This document shows, piece after piece, positions 33,322 to 46,497 of a DNA stretch of 64,000 nt (position 1 is the stretch's first letter; every line of letters begins with the position of its first letter). The notes below the pieces were generated by a model that ran no database searches, was not told where the DNA came from, and saw only the letters and a program-made list of their open reading frames with translations. Origin of the DNA: an uncultured delta proteobacterium (GTDB lineage: Bacteria > Myxococcota > Myxococcia > Myxococcales > Anaeromyxobacteraceae); assembly GCA_963766715.1 (NCBI GenBank), contig CAVYBH010000009.1, forward strand, positions 1 to 64,000, in the 5' to 3' direction. Both the position numbers and the translations under genes were made by a program.

Positions 33322-33411
33322 GGCTCTACCCGCCCTTCCCGATATGGCGATACTGCGCCTACCCTTCGCACTTTGTCCTACGAAGTGCGAGATGCCTATA
33401 CCTCTTTTGGG

Positions 33412-34270
33412 TTACTTCTTGGGAGGGGGCTTCTTCTTGGAATTCTTGGACATTTCGGCGATACGGGCTGACGCCTTCTTGGCAGCGCTCGTCTTCGGGA
33501 AACGATTGATGACGTCCTGGTAGATCGCCTTCGCGTCCTCGCGGAGGTCGAGGGCCATCATGGCCTCGCCCGTCCGGAAGAGGGCGTCCGGGGCCTTGTC
33601 CGACCGCGGGAAGTCCTGGGCGACCTTGCCGTACGAGAGGACGGCCTCCCGGTAGCGCTTCTCGCCGTAGGAGATCTCCCCCATCCGGAACCAGGCGTCG
33701 GCCGCCCGGGGGTCGGTGGGCCACTTCTTCACGTACTCGTCGTAGAGCTGCCGGGCCACGGCCCGCTCCCCGGCCTGCTCCTGCTGCTGGGCGAGCGCGA
33801 AGAACTCGGCCTTGTCGGCCGGACGCTTGAGCGCCTCGGCCCGCTTCCGTCCCTCGTAGTCCTCGAGGGCGCCCGCGCCCTTCAGCGCGGCGAAGCGGGC
33901 GTCGGTGTCGGTCTGGAGCTTCGAGACGCGCTGGTCGACCTGCTGGAGCTGGTGCTGCTCCTCCTCCAGCATGCCCTTCATCTGCGTGAGCGACTCCTGC
34001 AGCCGGTCCTGGTTCGCCACCACGTCGGCGCCGGTCCGGTGCGCCGACGAGTTGAGCTCGTCGAGCTTCTTCTGGACCTCGGCGATCTTCTGGTCGACCC
34101 GCGCGATGCGGTCCCGGATCACGTTCCGCTGCTCCTCGAGCTGCCGCGTGGTGGCGGCGCTCTCCGCCTCGAGCCGCTGGATGCGGTCGTCCATCTGGCG
34201 CCCCTTCTCGACGGGGACCCAGCAGGCGGAGAGCAGCGAGGAGCAGCGGAAGCGCGATCCGGTTCTTCAT
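33412..34270 (-). CDS. cpoB: Tol-Pal associated protein CpoB/YbgF (frameshift in signal peptide)
   Basis: Coiled coil plus TPRs (KWPTDPRAADAWFRMGE, FPRSDKAPDAL); directly downstream of the pal-like gene. Confidence 0.85.
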
Positions 34271-34285
34271 TCGTTCCCGGTCCGT

Positions 34286-35020
34286 CTACTGCGCCACGAG
34301 GTCGTCGCGGCGGTTCTGGGACCAGCACGACTCCACCTGCTCGCTGCAGATGGGGCGCTCCTTGCCGTAGCTGACGGTCTTCACGGCCTTCGAGGGCACG
34401 CCCAGGTTCACCAGGAACTTCTTGGCGGCCTCGGCGCGGCGCTGCCCGAGCTGCAGGTTGTACTCGACGGTCCCGCGGTCGTCGCAGTTGCCCTCGACGG
34501 TGACCTTGGTGAAGCCGCGGTCCTTGATGCAGGCGGCGTTCTTGGCCAGGTCGGCCTGGGCGTCCTTGGTGAGGACCGCCTCGTTGAACCCGAAGAAGAT
34601 GGGCAGCAGCTTGCCGCCGCCGGACGGGCAGGCCACCGGGACGGCGGTGACGCACTTGCCGGACTGGCAGGCCTTGCCGGAGCCGCAGGCCGCGTCGCTC
34701 GAGCACTCGGGGGGAGGCGTCACGGGGGCGACGGTGATGCACTTGCCGGTCTCGCAGGCCTTGCCGGCCGGGCAGTCGTCGTTCCGCTCGCACTCGGGGC
34801 GGGGAACGCACTTCAGGGAGCGGCAGACGAACCCGGCCTTGCAGTCGGTGTCGAGCCCGCACTCCTGGCAGCGGCCCTCGACGCAGGTCTTCCCGAAGCC
34901 CTCCTGGGCGGAGCAGTCCTCGCTGGTCTTGCATTCACCGTTCTTGGGCTTGGCGGGACAGCCGGCGAGAAACAGGGCGAGCACCGGGACGGCGAGCAGG
35001 AACGAGCGATGCATCCTCAT
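34286..35020 (-). CDS. pal: Pal/OmpA-family peptidoglycan-associated lipoprotein with Cys-rich repeats
   Basis: Lipobox LAGC; repeated CxxxxxC-xxG-xxC-xxxxC units; IFFGFNE, VEGNCDDRGTVEYNLQLGQRRA, SYGKERP, NRR. Confidence 0.85.
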   Translation of the reverse strand: MRMHRSFLLAVPVLALFLAGCPAKPKNGECKTSEDCSAQEGFGKTCVEGRCQECGLDTDCKAGFVCRSLKCVPRPECERNDDCPAGKACETGKCITVAPVTPPPECSSDAACGSGKACQSGKCVTAVPVACPSGGGKLLPIFFGFNEAVLTKDAQADLAKNAACIKDRGFTKVTVEGNCDDRGTVEYNLQLGQRRAEAAKKFLVNLGVPSKAVKTVSYGKERPICSEQVESCWSQNRRDDLVAQ

Positions 35021-35263
35021 GGAATTCCTCCGTGTATCGAGCAGGGCAGCACTGGAAGACGAACCCACGTAGTGCCCCCGATTCCCCCCCCTGTCAAACG
35101 AAAATCCGGCGGGAATGTCCCGCGGCCAGGGGGCGTTCCTCCGAGCGCAGGCCGCGGGTGTTCCCGGCCTTCCCTCCCTCCCGGCCGGGGACGCCCGCGT
35201 GCCTGTGCAGTTCTTCGCCCCTTGGCGCACCCGCGCCGCGGGACTAAGTTCGACCCCCCTACC

Positions 35264-37949
35264 GTGGATCCGAGCGCCTCTCCAGAGAGCCCCCCGTCGC
35301 CTGCGCCTCCCGGCGAGTCCCCTCCCCCGGGACCTCCCGCCGGGCGCCTCGCGCGCGTCCGGGCCTGGGTGCGCGGCCTGGGAAGGCGGGACCTCCTCCG
35401 CGGCGGGCTGGCCGTGGTGGTCTTCCTCGTCGCGGCCGGCGGCACGCTCCTCTTCACCTGGACCCGCGAGCTCCCCGCCTTCGACGGCCTGAAGGACTAC
35501 CGCCCGCTCGTGGCCACCACCGTCTACGCGGCCGACGGGACCGAGGCCTTCGCCTTCGCGCGCGAGCGGCGCACCGTCGTCCCGTTCGACAAGATCCCGG
35601 ACGTGGTCAAGCGGGCCGTGCTGGCCGCCGAGGACGCCCGCTTCTACGAGCACGAGGGCGTGAACTACCTGGCCATCGCCCGCTGCGCGGTGAAGGGGCT
35701 CCTGCGCGGCCGGCGTCGCCTGCGGCGGCTCCACCATCACGCAGCAGGTGGTGAAGACCTTCCTGCTCCCCACCGACTGGCGGGTGAAGCGGAAGGTGAA
35801 GGAGCTCTTCCTCGCCCCCCGCCTCGAGCAGAACCTCTCCAAGGACGAGATCCTCTACCTCTACCTGAACCAGATCTACCTGGGGCACCGGCGCTACGGC
35901 GTCGAGGAGGCCTCCCGGTTCTACTTCGGCAAGGGCGTCAAGGACCTCACCATCGGTGAAGCGGCCACGCTGGCCGGGCTGGTCCAGTCCCCCGAGCGGC
36001 TCTCCCCGGTGAAGCACCCCGAGGCGGCCAAGGCGCGGCAGCGCTACGTGCTGCGGCGCATGACCGAGGAGGGCTACATCGACGCCCGGACCGCCGAGAT
36101 CGAGTCGCAGCGCCCGATCAAGGTCCGCAAGGCCCCCGAGCCCTACGGCGCCTGGTACGCCGACGCGGTCCGCCGGCACCTCGACGAGCGCTACGGCGCC
36201 GAGCGGGTGGAGACCGACGGCCTCCAGGTCGACGTGGCCATGCTGCCGGCCATGCAGCGCGCCGCCGAGGCCGCCCTGGCGGAGGACCTCCGGATGGTCG
36301 ACAAGCGCCACGGCTGGCGCGGCGCCCCGCAGCGGCTCGACGAGCGCCAGCTGGCCACCGCGCTGCCGGCCTGGCGCGAGCGGCTGGCCGCGGCGAAGGG
36401 GCAGCCCGGCGAGGTCCTCGTCTGGGACCTCGGCCGCGTGGACCCCGACGAGATCGAGCCCGACGCCGACGTGAAGGCCGACGTCCGCCGCCGGGTCCGG
36501 GTGCGTCCGCTCCAGGCGGGCGAGACCTACGCGGTGCTGGTCACGGCGGTGGACGACAAGCAGGCCACGCTCGACCTGGGCGGCGCGAAGGGCGTCATCC
36601 CCTTCTCCGCGGTGACCTGGGCCCGGAAGTACAACTCGTCGGTCGGGACCGCGCCGCCGAAGAAGATGGGCGACGTGCTCCGCCCCGGCGACATCGTGCT
36701 GGCGCGCGTGGTGCCGGGCCGCACGCCCCCCGTCGAGCTGGCCCGCGCCGGCAAGCCGCTCGTCGCTCCTGCTCGAGCAGGTGCCGCGGGTCGAGGGGGC
36801 GCTCGTCGCCATCGACCCGGCCACGCGCGGGGTTCGCGCGCTGGTGGGCGGGCAGGACTTCGCCCGCTCCCAGTTCAACCGGGCCATCCAGGCCAAGCGG
36901 CAGCCCGGCAGCGCCTTCAAGCCCTTCGTCTGGGGCGCGGCCATCGAGTCGGGGCGCTTCACCCCCGCCACCATCGTCTACGACACGCCCGACCTCTACC
37001 GGGATCCCTGGACCGGCAAGGAGTGGAAGCCGACGAACTTCGAGAAGGACGTCTACGAGGGGCCGATGCTGCTGCGCGACGCGCTCGCCCACTCGAAGAA
37101 CACGGTCTCGGCGAAGCTCGTCGACGCGCTGGGCGTGGAGGCCGTCATCGACTTCGCGCGCCGGTCCGGGATCGAGAGCGAGCTCCCGAGGACGCTGTCG
37201 CTCGCGCTCGGCACGGGCGAGGTGACGCCGCTCGAGCTCGTGAACGGCTACGCGACCCTCGCCGCCGGCGGGTTCCCGGCGCCGCCCATCCTCGTCGTCC
37301 GCGTCCGCGACCGGGACGGCAACGTGCTCGAGGAGACGCCTGCCGCTCCGTCCGCCGGCGATGCCCGAGACGGCCGTCCCCGGGCCCCCGGTGGACCCCT
37401 CGCTCTCCGGCGACGCGTCCGGCATGGCCGCCGCACCCGCACCGGCCGCCGCCCGCGCCGAGCGTGGGGCGGCTCCCCGACCGCGTCCGGCCCGAGGCGG
37501 CCTACGTCACGCTCGCCATGATGAAGGAGGTCGTGCAGAGCGGGACCGGGCAGGGAGCGAAGGCGCTCGACCGGCCCGTCGCCGCCAAGACCGGCACCGC
37601 CCAGGAGCACCGCGACGCCTGGTTCGTGGGCATGACGCCCGACCTGGTGGCCGGCGTCTGGGTGGGCTTCGACGGCCACGATCCGCTCGGGGCGCACGCC
37701 ACCGGCGCGGGCGCGGCGATGCCCGGCTGGATTGCCTTCATGCGGGCGGCGGTCGCGTCGCAGCCGCCCAACGACTTCCCCGTGCCGTCCGAACGTGGAG
37801 ATGGTGCGGATCGATCCCGCGGACCGGGCAACCTGGCGAGCGGGCCCGTCGACGGCGTGCTCCTGCCGTTCGTCCCGGGCACCGCGCCGACGCGGACCGC
37901 GCCCGATCCGACGGCGGCGCCGCAGAACTTCTTCCAGGACGACCACTAG
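35264..37949 (+). CDS. mrcA: penicillin-binding protein 1A (frameshifted)
   Basis: AEDARFYEHEG, GGSTITQQ, ILYLYLNQIYLG, RQPGSAFKP, SKN, AKTGT; shifts near 35715, 36770 and 37350. Confidence 0.9.
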
Positions 37950-37959
37950 CCCCGACGGG

Positions 37960-39655
37960 CTAGCGGACCGGCGTGGCCTTCAGCGCGGCCTTCCCGTCCT
38001 TCACGTAGACCTGGAAGCGGACCGTGCGGCAGGCGTACTTCTGCGCCAGCGCGTCGTGGTTCTTCCGGAGCTTGTCGCGGAAGCGGTCCCAGGTGAGCCC
38101 CTCCACCGATTCGCCGCAGCCGGTCCGGGTGCGGAGGAACTCCTGGAAGACGGCGTTCCACTGCGCCTCTCCCCCTTCCGCCGGCGCCGGCGTGGGGCGG
38201 GACGCCGGCGAGCCGGGAGGTCCGAGGGGCTGCGTGTTGCGCGGGTAGGCCGCACGCGCCGCCTGGGCGGCCTGGACGACGGCGGCGGCGGTGAGGCCGG
38301 GCCCGGCCTGGAGCGGCGTGGGAGTGGGCGTGACCGGCGGGGCCAGTCCGCTGGCAGAGAAGGGCCCCTCCAGCCTTCGCGAGCCGGTCACCTCGTCGGG
38401 CGGCACGGCGTGGAGCGGCACGTCGAGGGTGGGGGCCGGGTTCACGGGCCCCTGCGACACGGACAGCGGCACCGGCGTGGAGGGCGTCGTGGCCCCCTGC
38501 GTGATGCGCCCGAGCCGGGCGGTCTCCGCCGCGCGCGAGAGCGCCGCCGCCAGCGTGCCGAAGGTCCCCGACATGCGCGGCACCCGGACGTCGAAGTCGC
38601 CCCGGGCGATCCGGTCGGCGACCGAGGCCAGCTCCCGAGGCACGTGGGACGGCACCACCGGGTCCCGGGAGAAGCCCAGCGCGAGGCCGACGAGCGTGAG
38701 CGCGAAGAGCGCCAGGATCAGGACCTGCTGGAACGCGGCGATTGGCTCGAGCGCCGGGCGGGTGGGCGCGGAGATCACCGCGACCGGTCCGTCGATGCCG
38801 GGCAGGGAGAGCGCCCGCGCCCGCCAGGCCGGCGCCTTCGCGAAGAGGACGGGGAGCCCGGGGAGCCCGCCGACGAGCGAGAACGGGCCGGACCGGCCCA
38901 CGTCGACCACGCTCCCGTTGCCCTTCCGGGCCGCCGCGACCACCGCGGTGGCGTCGGCCGGCGACAGGGTGGAGACGAGGCTGCTTCCGATGAAGGTGAG
39001 GTCGGCGCCGGTGGCGGACTGCAGCCGCTCCGCCCAGCGAGGGTCGATGGGCAGCCCGAAGGCGAGGGTCGCGCCCTTGCCCGCCGGGACCACGGCCACC
39101 GCGTAGATGGCGTCCCCCACCCGCACGTGCCGGGGCGCGGCCCCGGACCCGAGCAGCGCCTGGGCGAGCGGATCGCGGGGCGGCACGACCTGCTCGCCCA
39201 CGCGCAGCGAGATGGTGCGGTCGTGACTGATCCCGACCAGCGGCGCGCGCCCCATCTCCACGTCGAGGAGCGCGGAGGCGCCGTGGATGGCCGACTCGGC
39301 GACCTCGGCCACGTCCGGAGCGGCGGGCGTCGTCGCGCCGGCGGGCGTGGTCGCACCGGCCGGCCGCGTCGCTGCTGCCGGCCGTCCGGCTGCGGGCGGG
39401 CGCGGGGTGCGGGCGGCCTCGATGGCGGCGAACGCGCTCGCGAGCCCCGGGTCCCGGGCGGCCACGACCGCCACGTCCCGGACCTGGCGCGAGAGCAGCC
39501 GCGTCCCGGTCTCGAACTGGAGGGTGCCGGAGCGAAGCGTCGAGAGCGGCCTGCTCGGTCGCGGGCGGGACGGCCCGCTGGGTGAACACCCAGAGCCCCA
39601 CCCAGCCGGACACCACCACCAGCGCCGTGAAACCCCAGATCTTGGAACGGCTCAT
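37960..39655 (-). CDS. membrane protein with HAMP-like linker and MXAN_5187-type C-terminal domain (frameshift near 39560)
   Basis: N-terminal TM, second TM, ELASVADRIARGDFDVRV; C-terminus VFQEFLRTR...KLRKNHDAL...VRFQVYVKDGKAALKATP. Confidence 0.75.
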
Positions 39656-39665
39656 GCGGCGGCGT

Positions 39666-39845
39666 TTATACCACGCTCACCCACACGCTCACGCCGGGCT
39701 GGGAGAAGCAGCGGTCCAGCTCCGCCTCGACGTCGAGATCGGCGGGGAGCACCGCTTCCGGGGGGCGCGGCGCCTCGCGGTGGCGCCGGTCGAACTCCTG
39801 GAGGTGCCGGACCACCCGCTGCCAGTCGCGCTCGCCGTCGGTCAT
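39666..39845 (-). CDS. small hypothetical protein (59 aa)
   Basis: ATG at 39845 to TAA at 39666; MTDGERDWQRVVRHLQEFDRRHREAPRPPEAVLPADLDVEAELDRCFSQPGVSVWVSVV; near-uniform G/C third positions. Confidence 0.55.
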   Translation of the reverse strand: MTDGERDWQRVVRHLQEFDRRHREAPRPPEAVLPADLDVEAELDRCFSQPGVSVWVSVV

Positions 39846-39998
39846 GGGCGAAGCGTAGTCCGGGACCGGGCCGGGTCAAGAAACCGGGCGCCCGCCCGGA
39901 GCGGGTCGTGCTTGACTCGGCCATCCCCCCGGATTAACAGGGGCCAGCCTGGCGCCCGTCCCGGTGCGCCCGCACGTTCAACCCGGAGACATCCCATC

Positions 39999-42079
39999 AT
40001 GAGGAAGATCGTCGCCCTCCTCGCGCTCTGCGCGATCGCTTCGTCTGCGCGCGCCGACGAGGGCATGTGGACCTACAACGGATTCCCGAAGGCCCAGGTC
40101 GAGAAGAAGTACGGCGCCAAGATCGACGACGCCTGGCTCGACCACGCCCGGCTCTCGTCGGCCCGGCTGGCCCAGGGTTGCTCGGCCAGCTTCGTCTCGC
40201 CGAGCGGCCTCGTGCTGACGAACCACCACTGCGTCGAGACCTGCCTCCAGCAGCTCTCCAGCGCGGACAAGGACTACATCGCCCAGGGCTTCCAGGCGAA
40301 GACCGCCGCCGAGGAGCTCAAGTGCCCCGTGCTGGAGGTGAACCAGCTCGTCGAGATCACCGACGTCACCGCCCGGATGAAGAAGGCCACCGCCGGGCTC
40401 GAGGGCGTGAAGTTCAACGACGCCCAGAAGGCCGAGACCTCGCCGCATCGAGGGGGAGTGCCAGACCAGCCCGGCGCTCCGCTGCAACGTGGTGACGCTC
40501 TACCACGGCGGCCGCTACGACCTGTACCGCTACCGGCGCTACCAGGACGTGCGCATGGTCTTCGCGCCCGAGTTCGCCATCGCCTTCTTCGGCGGCGACC
40601 CCGACAACTTCATGTTCCCGCGCTACGACCTCGACCTGTCGTTCGTCCGCGTCTACGACGACGGCAAGCCGCTCCAGACCCAGAACTTCCTGGCCTGGAA
40701 CGCCGCCGGCCCCAAGGAGGGAGACCTGGTCTTCGTCTCCGGCCACCCGGGCGGGACCGACCGGCAGCTGACCATCGCCGAGCTCGAGTACCAGCGCGAC
40801 GTCGCCCTGCCCGAGACCCTCAACCGCGTACTCCGAGCTGCGCGGCGCGGTCACCCAGTTCCAGGAGCGCGGGGCCGAGCAGAAGCGGGTCTCGAACAGC
40901 CTCCTCTTCGGCATCGAGAACTCGCTCAAGGCCCTGCAAGGGCGAGCGCGAGGCGCTCGTCGACCGGGAGTTCTTCGCCCAGAAGGTGGCCGCCGAGGAG
41001 GCCTTCCGCAAGAAGCTCGCCGCCGACAAGAAGAACGGCCCCGCCGCCCTCCAGGCCTTCGTCGCCATCCAGCAGGCCGAGGACCTCCAGCGCAACGTCC
41101 GCAACGACGTGAACTACGTGGCCGGGTCCGCCGGCCTGATGACCGACTACTTCCGCTTCGCCCGCACGCTGGTCCGCGGCGGCGACGAGCGGCCCCAGGA
41201 AGAACGAGGAGCGGCTCGAGGAGTACCAGGAGGCGCCGCCTCCCGGCCGTCACCCAGTCGCTCTTCAGCCCGGCCCCCATCAACGACGAGTTCGAGATCT
41301 TCAAGCTCACCTGGTCGCTCACCAAGCTGCGCGAGAAGCTGGGCCCCGACCACGCCTTCACCAAGAAGGTGCTCGGCGACGAGTCGCCCGCCGAGGTGGC
41401 CAAGCGTCTCGTGACCGGGACGAAGCTCAGGGACGTCGCCGTCCGCAAGCAGCTCTGGGAGGGCGGCAAGGCCGCGGTGGACGCGTCGCAGGACCCCATG
41501 ATCGTCTTCGCCCGCAGCATCGACCCCGACGCCCGCGCCGTCCGCAAGATGTTCGAGGACGAGATCCAGTCGGTGAACAAGAAGGGCTCCGAGACCATCG
41601 CCCAGGCCCGCTTCGCGCTGGAGGGGACCTCCACCTACCCGGACGCCACCTTCACGCTGCGGCTCAGCTACGGCGCGGTGAAGGGCTGGACCGAGGGCAA
41701 GAAGGTCGTCCCGCCCTTCACCACCTTCGCGGGCGCCTTCGAGCGCAACACCGGCCGCGAGCCCTTCGCCCTGCCGAAGAGCTGGCTCGACGCGAAGCCC
41801 CGGCTCGACCTCCAGACCAAGTTCGACTTCGTGGCCACCACCGACATCATCGGCGGCAACTCCGGCTCGCCGGTCATCGACCGGGACGGCCGCATCGTCG
41901 GCCTGGTCTTCGACGGGAACATCTGGTCGCTCGGCGGCAACTACGGCTTCGACGAGAAGCTGAACCGCACCGTGGCCGTCGACACCGCCGCCATCACCCA
42001 CGCGCTCGACAAGATCTACGGCGCGACCCGCGTGCTCGAGGAGCTCCTCCCGGCGCGCAAGCCGCAGGCCGCCAAGTAG
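39999..42079 (+). CDS. S46 family dipeptidyl peptidase (frameshifted)
   Basis: ADEGMW, GCSASFVSPSGLVLTNHHC, DNFMFPRY, YPDATFTLRLSYG, TTDIIGGNSGSP. Confidence 0.93.
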
Positions 42080-42100
42080 CCGGCGTCGAGCGGAGCCTCC

Positions 42101-42130
42101 GGGCCCGGTCCCTTCCGAGGGGCCGGGCCC
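42101..42130. terminator. hairpin between convergent S46 peptidase and nadA
   Basis: GGGCCCGGTCCCT-TCCG-AGGGGCCGGGCCC. Confidence 0.65.
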
Positions 42131-42155
42131 TTCTCGTTCCGGCCCAGGCCCGCCC

Positions 42156-43160
42156 TCAGGCGTCGCGCGGCACGGCAATCATCCGCTCGAGCGCGCGGCG
42201 CGCCCCCTCGGCCACGTCGGCCGGGACCACGATCTCGTGCTTCCCCCGGAGCAGCGAGTCCCGGACCATGACCAGGTCGATCATCTTCATGTACGGGCAG
42301 TGCATGCGGCAGCCCAGGCAGCCGTCGGCGACCACGAACTCCTTGTCCGGGAAGCGCTTCTTCAGGCCGGTGAGGATGCCGTGCTCGGTGGCGACGATGA
42401 ACGTCTTCGCCTCCGGGTGGCGGGCCACCGCGGCGGTCATGCCGGTGGTGGAGCAGATCTCGTCGGCCAGCTCGAGCACGTCGGCCCGGCACTCCGGGTG
42501 GGCGATGACCACCGCCTCGGGGCGCTGGCCGTGGACCTTCTCCACGCTGGCGCTGCGCAGCACGTCGTGGATGGGGCAGGCGCCGTCGTAGACCACGATC
42601 TCCTTCTCCGGCACCTTCGACTTCACCCAGGCGCCGAGGTTCCGGTCCGGCGTGAAGAGGATCTTCCGCTCCGGCACCGACCGCACCACGCTGGCCGCGT
42701 TGGCGCTCGTGCAGCAGATGTCGGAGAGCGCCTTCACCTCGGCCGTGGAGTTCACGTAGGTGACCACCGCGTGCCCCGGGTAGCGCGCCTTCCAGTCCTC
42801 GAGCGACTCGGCGGAGATGGAGTCGGCGAGCGAGCAGCCGGCCGAGAGGTTGGGCAGCAGCACCCGCTTCTCCGGGTTGAGGACCTTGGCCGACTCGGCC
42901 ATGAAGTGCACGCCGCAGAAGACGATGGTCGACTGCGGGGCCTTCTGGGCCTCGATGGCGAGCTGCAGCGAGTCGCCCACCACGTCGGCCAGCCCCTGGA
43001 TCTCGGGCAGCTGGTAGTTGTGGGCCAGGATGACCGCGTCCTTCTCCCGCTTGAGCTCGCGGATCTCGGCCTCCAGCTCCCCGACCTGGGCGGGGGTGAG
43101 GTCGGTCCCGCTCTCGGGGTGGGCGATGGGGTCGTGGACGGAGACGACGGGGAGGCTCAT
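42156..43160 (-). CDS. nadA: quinolinate synthase
   Basis: ILAHNYQ, GDSL, FCGVHFMAESAK, AGCSLA, YVNST, CPIH, AHPEC, CPYMK. Confidence 0.96.
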   Translation of the reverse strand: MSLPVVSVHDPIAHPESGTDLTPAQVGELEAEIRELKREKDAVILAHNYQLPEIQGLADVVGDSLQLAIEAQKAPQSTIVFCGVHFMAESAKVLNPEKRVLLPNLSAGCSLADSISAESLEDWKARYPGHAVVTYVNSTAEVKALSDICCTSANAASVVRSVPERKILFTPDRNLGAWVKSKVPEKEIVVYDGACPIHDVLRSASVEKVHGQRPEAVVIAHPECRADVLELADEICSTTGMTAAVARHPEAKTFIVATEHGILTGLKKRFPDKEFVVADGCLGCRMHCPYMKMIDLVMVRDSLLRGKHEIVVPADVAEGARRALERMIAVPRDA

Positions 43161-43239
43161 GGGTTCACCACTAGCCGACCCGGGAGGGTCGCGCAACGCC
43201 GTCCTTGCCCTCCGCCTCCCGCCGCGGCATGCAGTCCCG

Positions 43240-43986
43240 GTGCGCCTCGCGGTCACCACGCCCTTCTCCCCCACCCCGGCCGCCGACCTCGCGGCCCGCG
43301 AGTCGGCGCGACCGCCGCGCCCTCCCCTTCGCCGCGCGCGGGACCCGCTCGCTCGCCGAGGTGGCGCAGGAGGCCGGGGCCGACGCGCTGCTCGTCCTGG
43401 GCGCCCACGCCGCCCTCTGGATCGAGGGCGCGGAGGAGCGCTGGCACGCGGGGATGGGCGCGCTGCGGGCCAAGCGGCTGGCCATCGGCGAGCGGATCAC
43501 CGGGGACTCCTTCCTGGAGGCGGCGCGGCTTCGCCCGGGCGACGCGGTGCTCGACTGCACGCTCGGCCTGGGGGCCGACGCGCTGGTGGCCGCCGCGGCC
43601 GTGGGCGCGGGAGGCCTGGTGGTGGGGCTCGAGTCGTCGCCCGCGCTGGCGGCCTGGACCGGCGAGGGATTCGCCCGCCTCCCCGGCGAGCCCGCCGCCC
43701 GCGTCCGGGTCGAGTGCGCCGATCACGAGGCCTGGCTCGCCGCCGCGCCGGACCGGAGCTTCGACGTGGTGGTCTTCGACCCGATGTTCCGGCACGCCCG
43801 CGCCGCCACGCCGGGGTTCGACCTCCTGCGGCGCCTGGCCGACCCTCGCCCGCTCACGCGCGGCGCGGTCGACCGGGCCCGGCGGGTGGCCCGCCGCGGC
43901 GTGCTCGTGAAGGACGGCACGCCGGGCTGGGACCTGGCCCGGCTCTCGCTCACGCCCCTCGACGGCCGGCGGGGCGCCGAGCGGCT

Positions 43987-44011
<25 letters not shown>
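43240..44011 (+). CDS. class I SAM-dependent methyltransferase (RsmJ-like), frameshift near N-terminus
   Basis: [26 protein letters not shown]. Confidence 0.75.
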
Positions 44012-46380
<2,369 letters not shown>

Positions 46381-46497
46381 GGCGACCTCGACCTTCGTAC
46401 CACCGAGGGGCCCGCGGCACAGGTTCCACACCCACCCGGAACGCCGGAAAACGGTCGTTCCTTGTACCCTCGGAGGGGTCGGGCTAGAACCGCGGCC

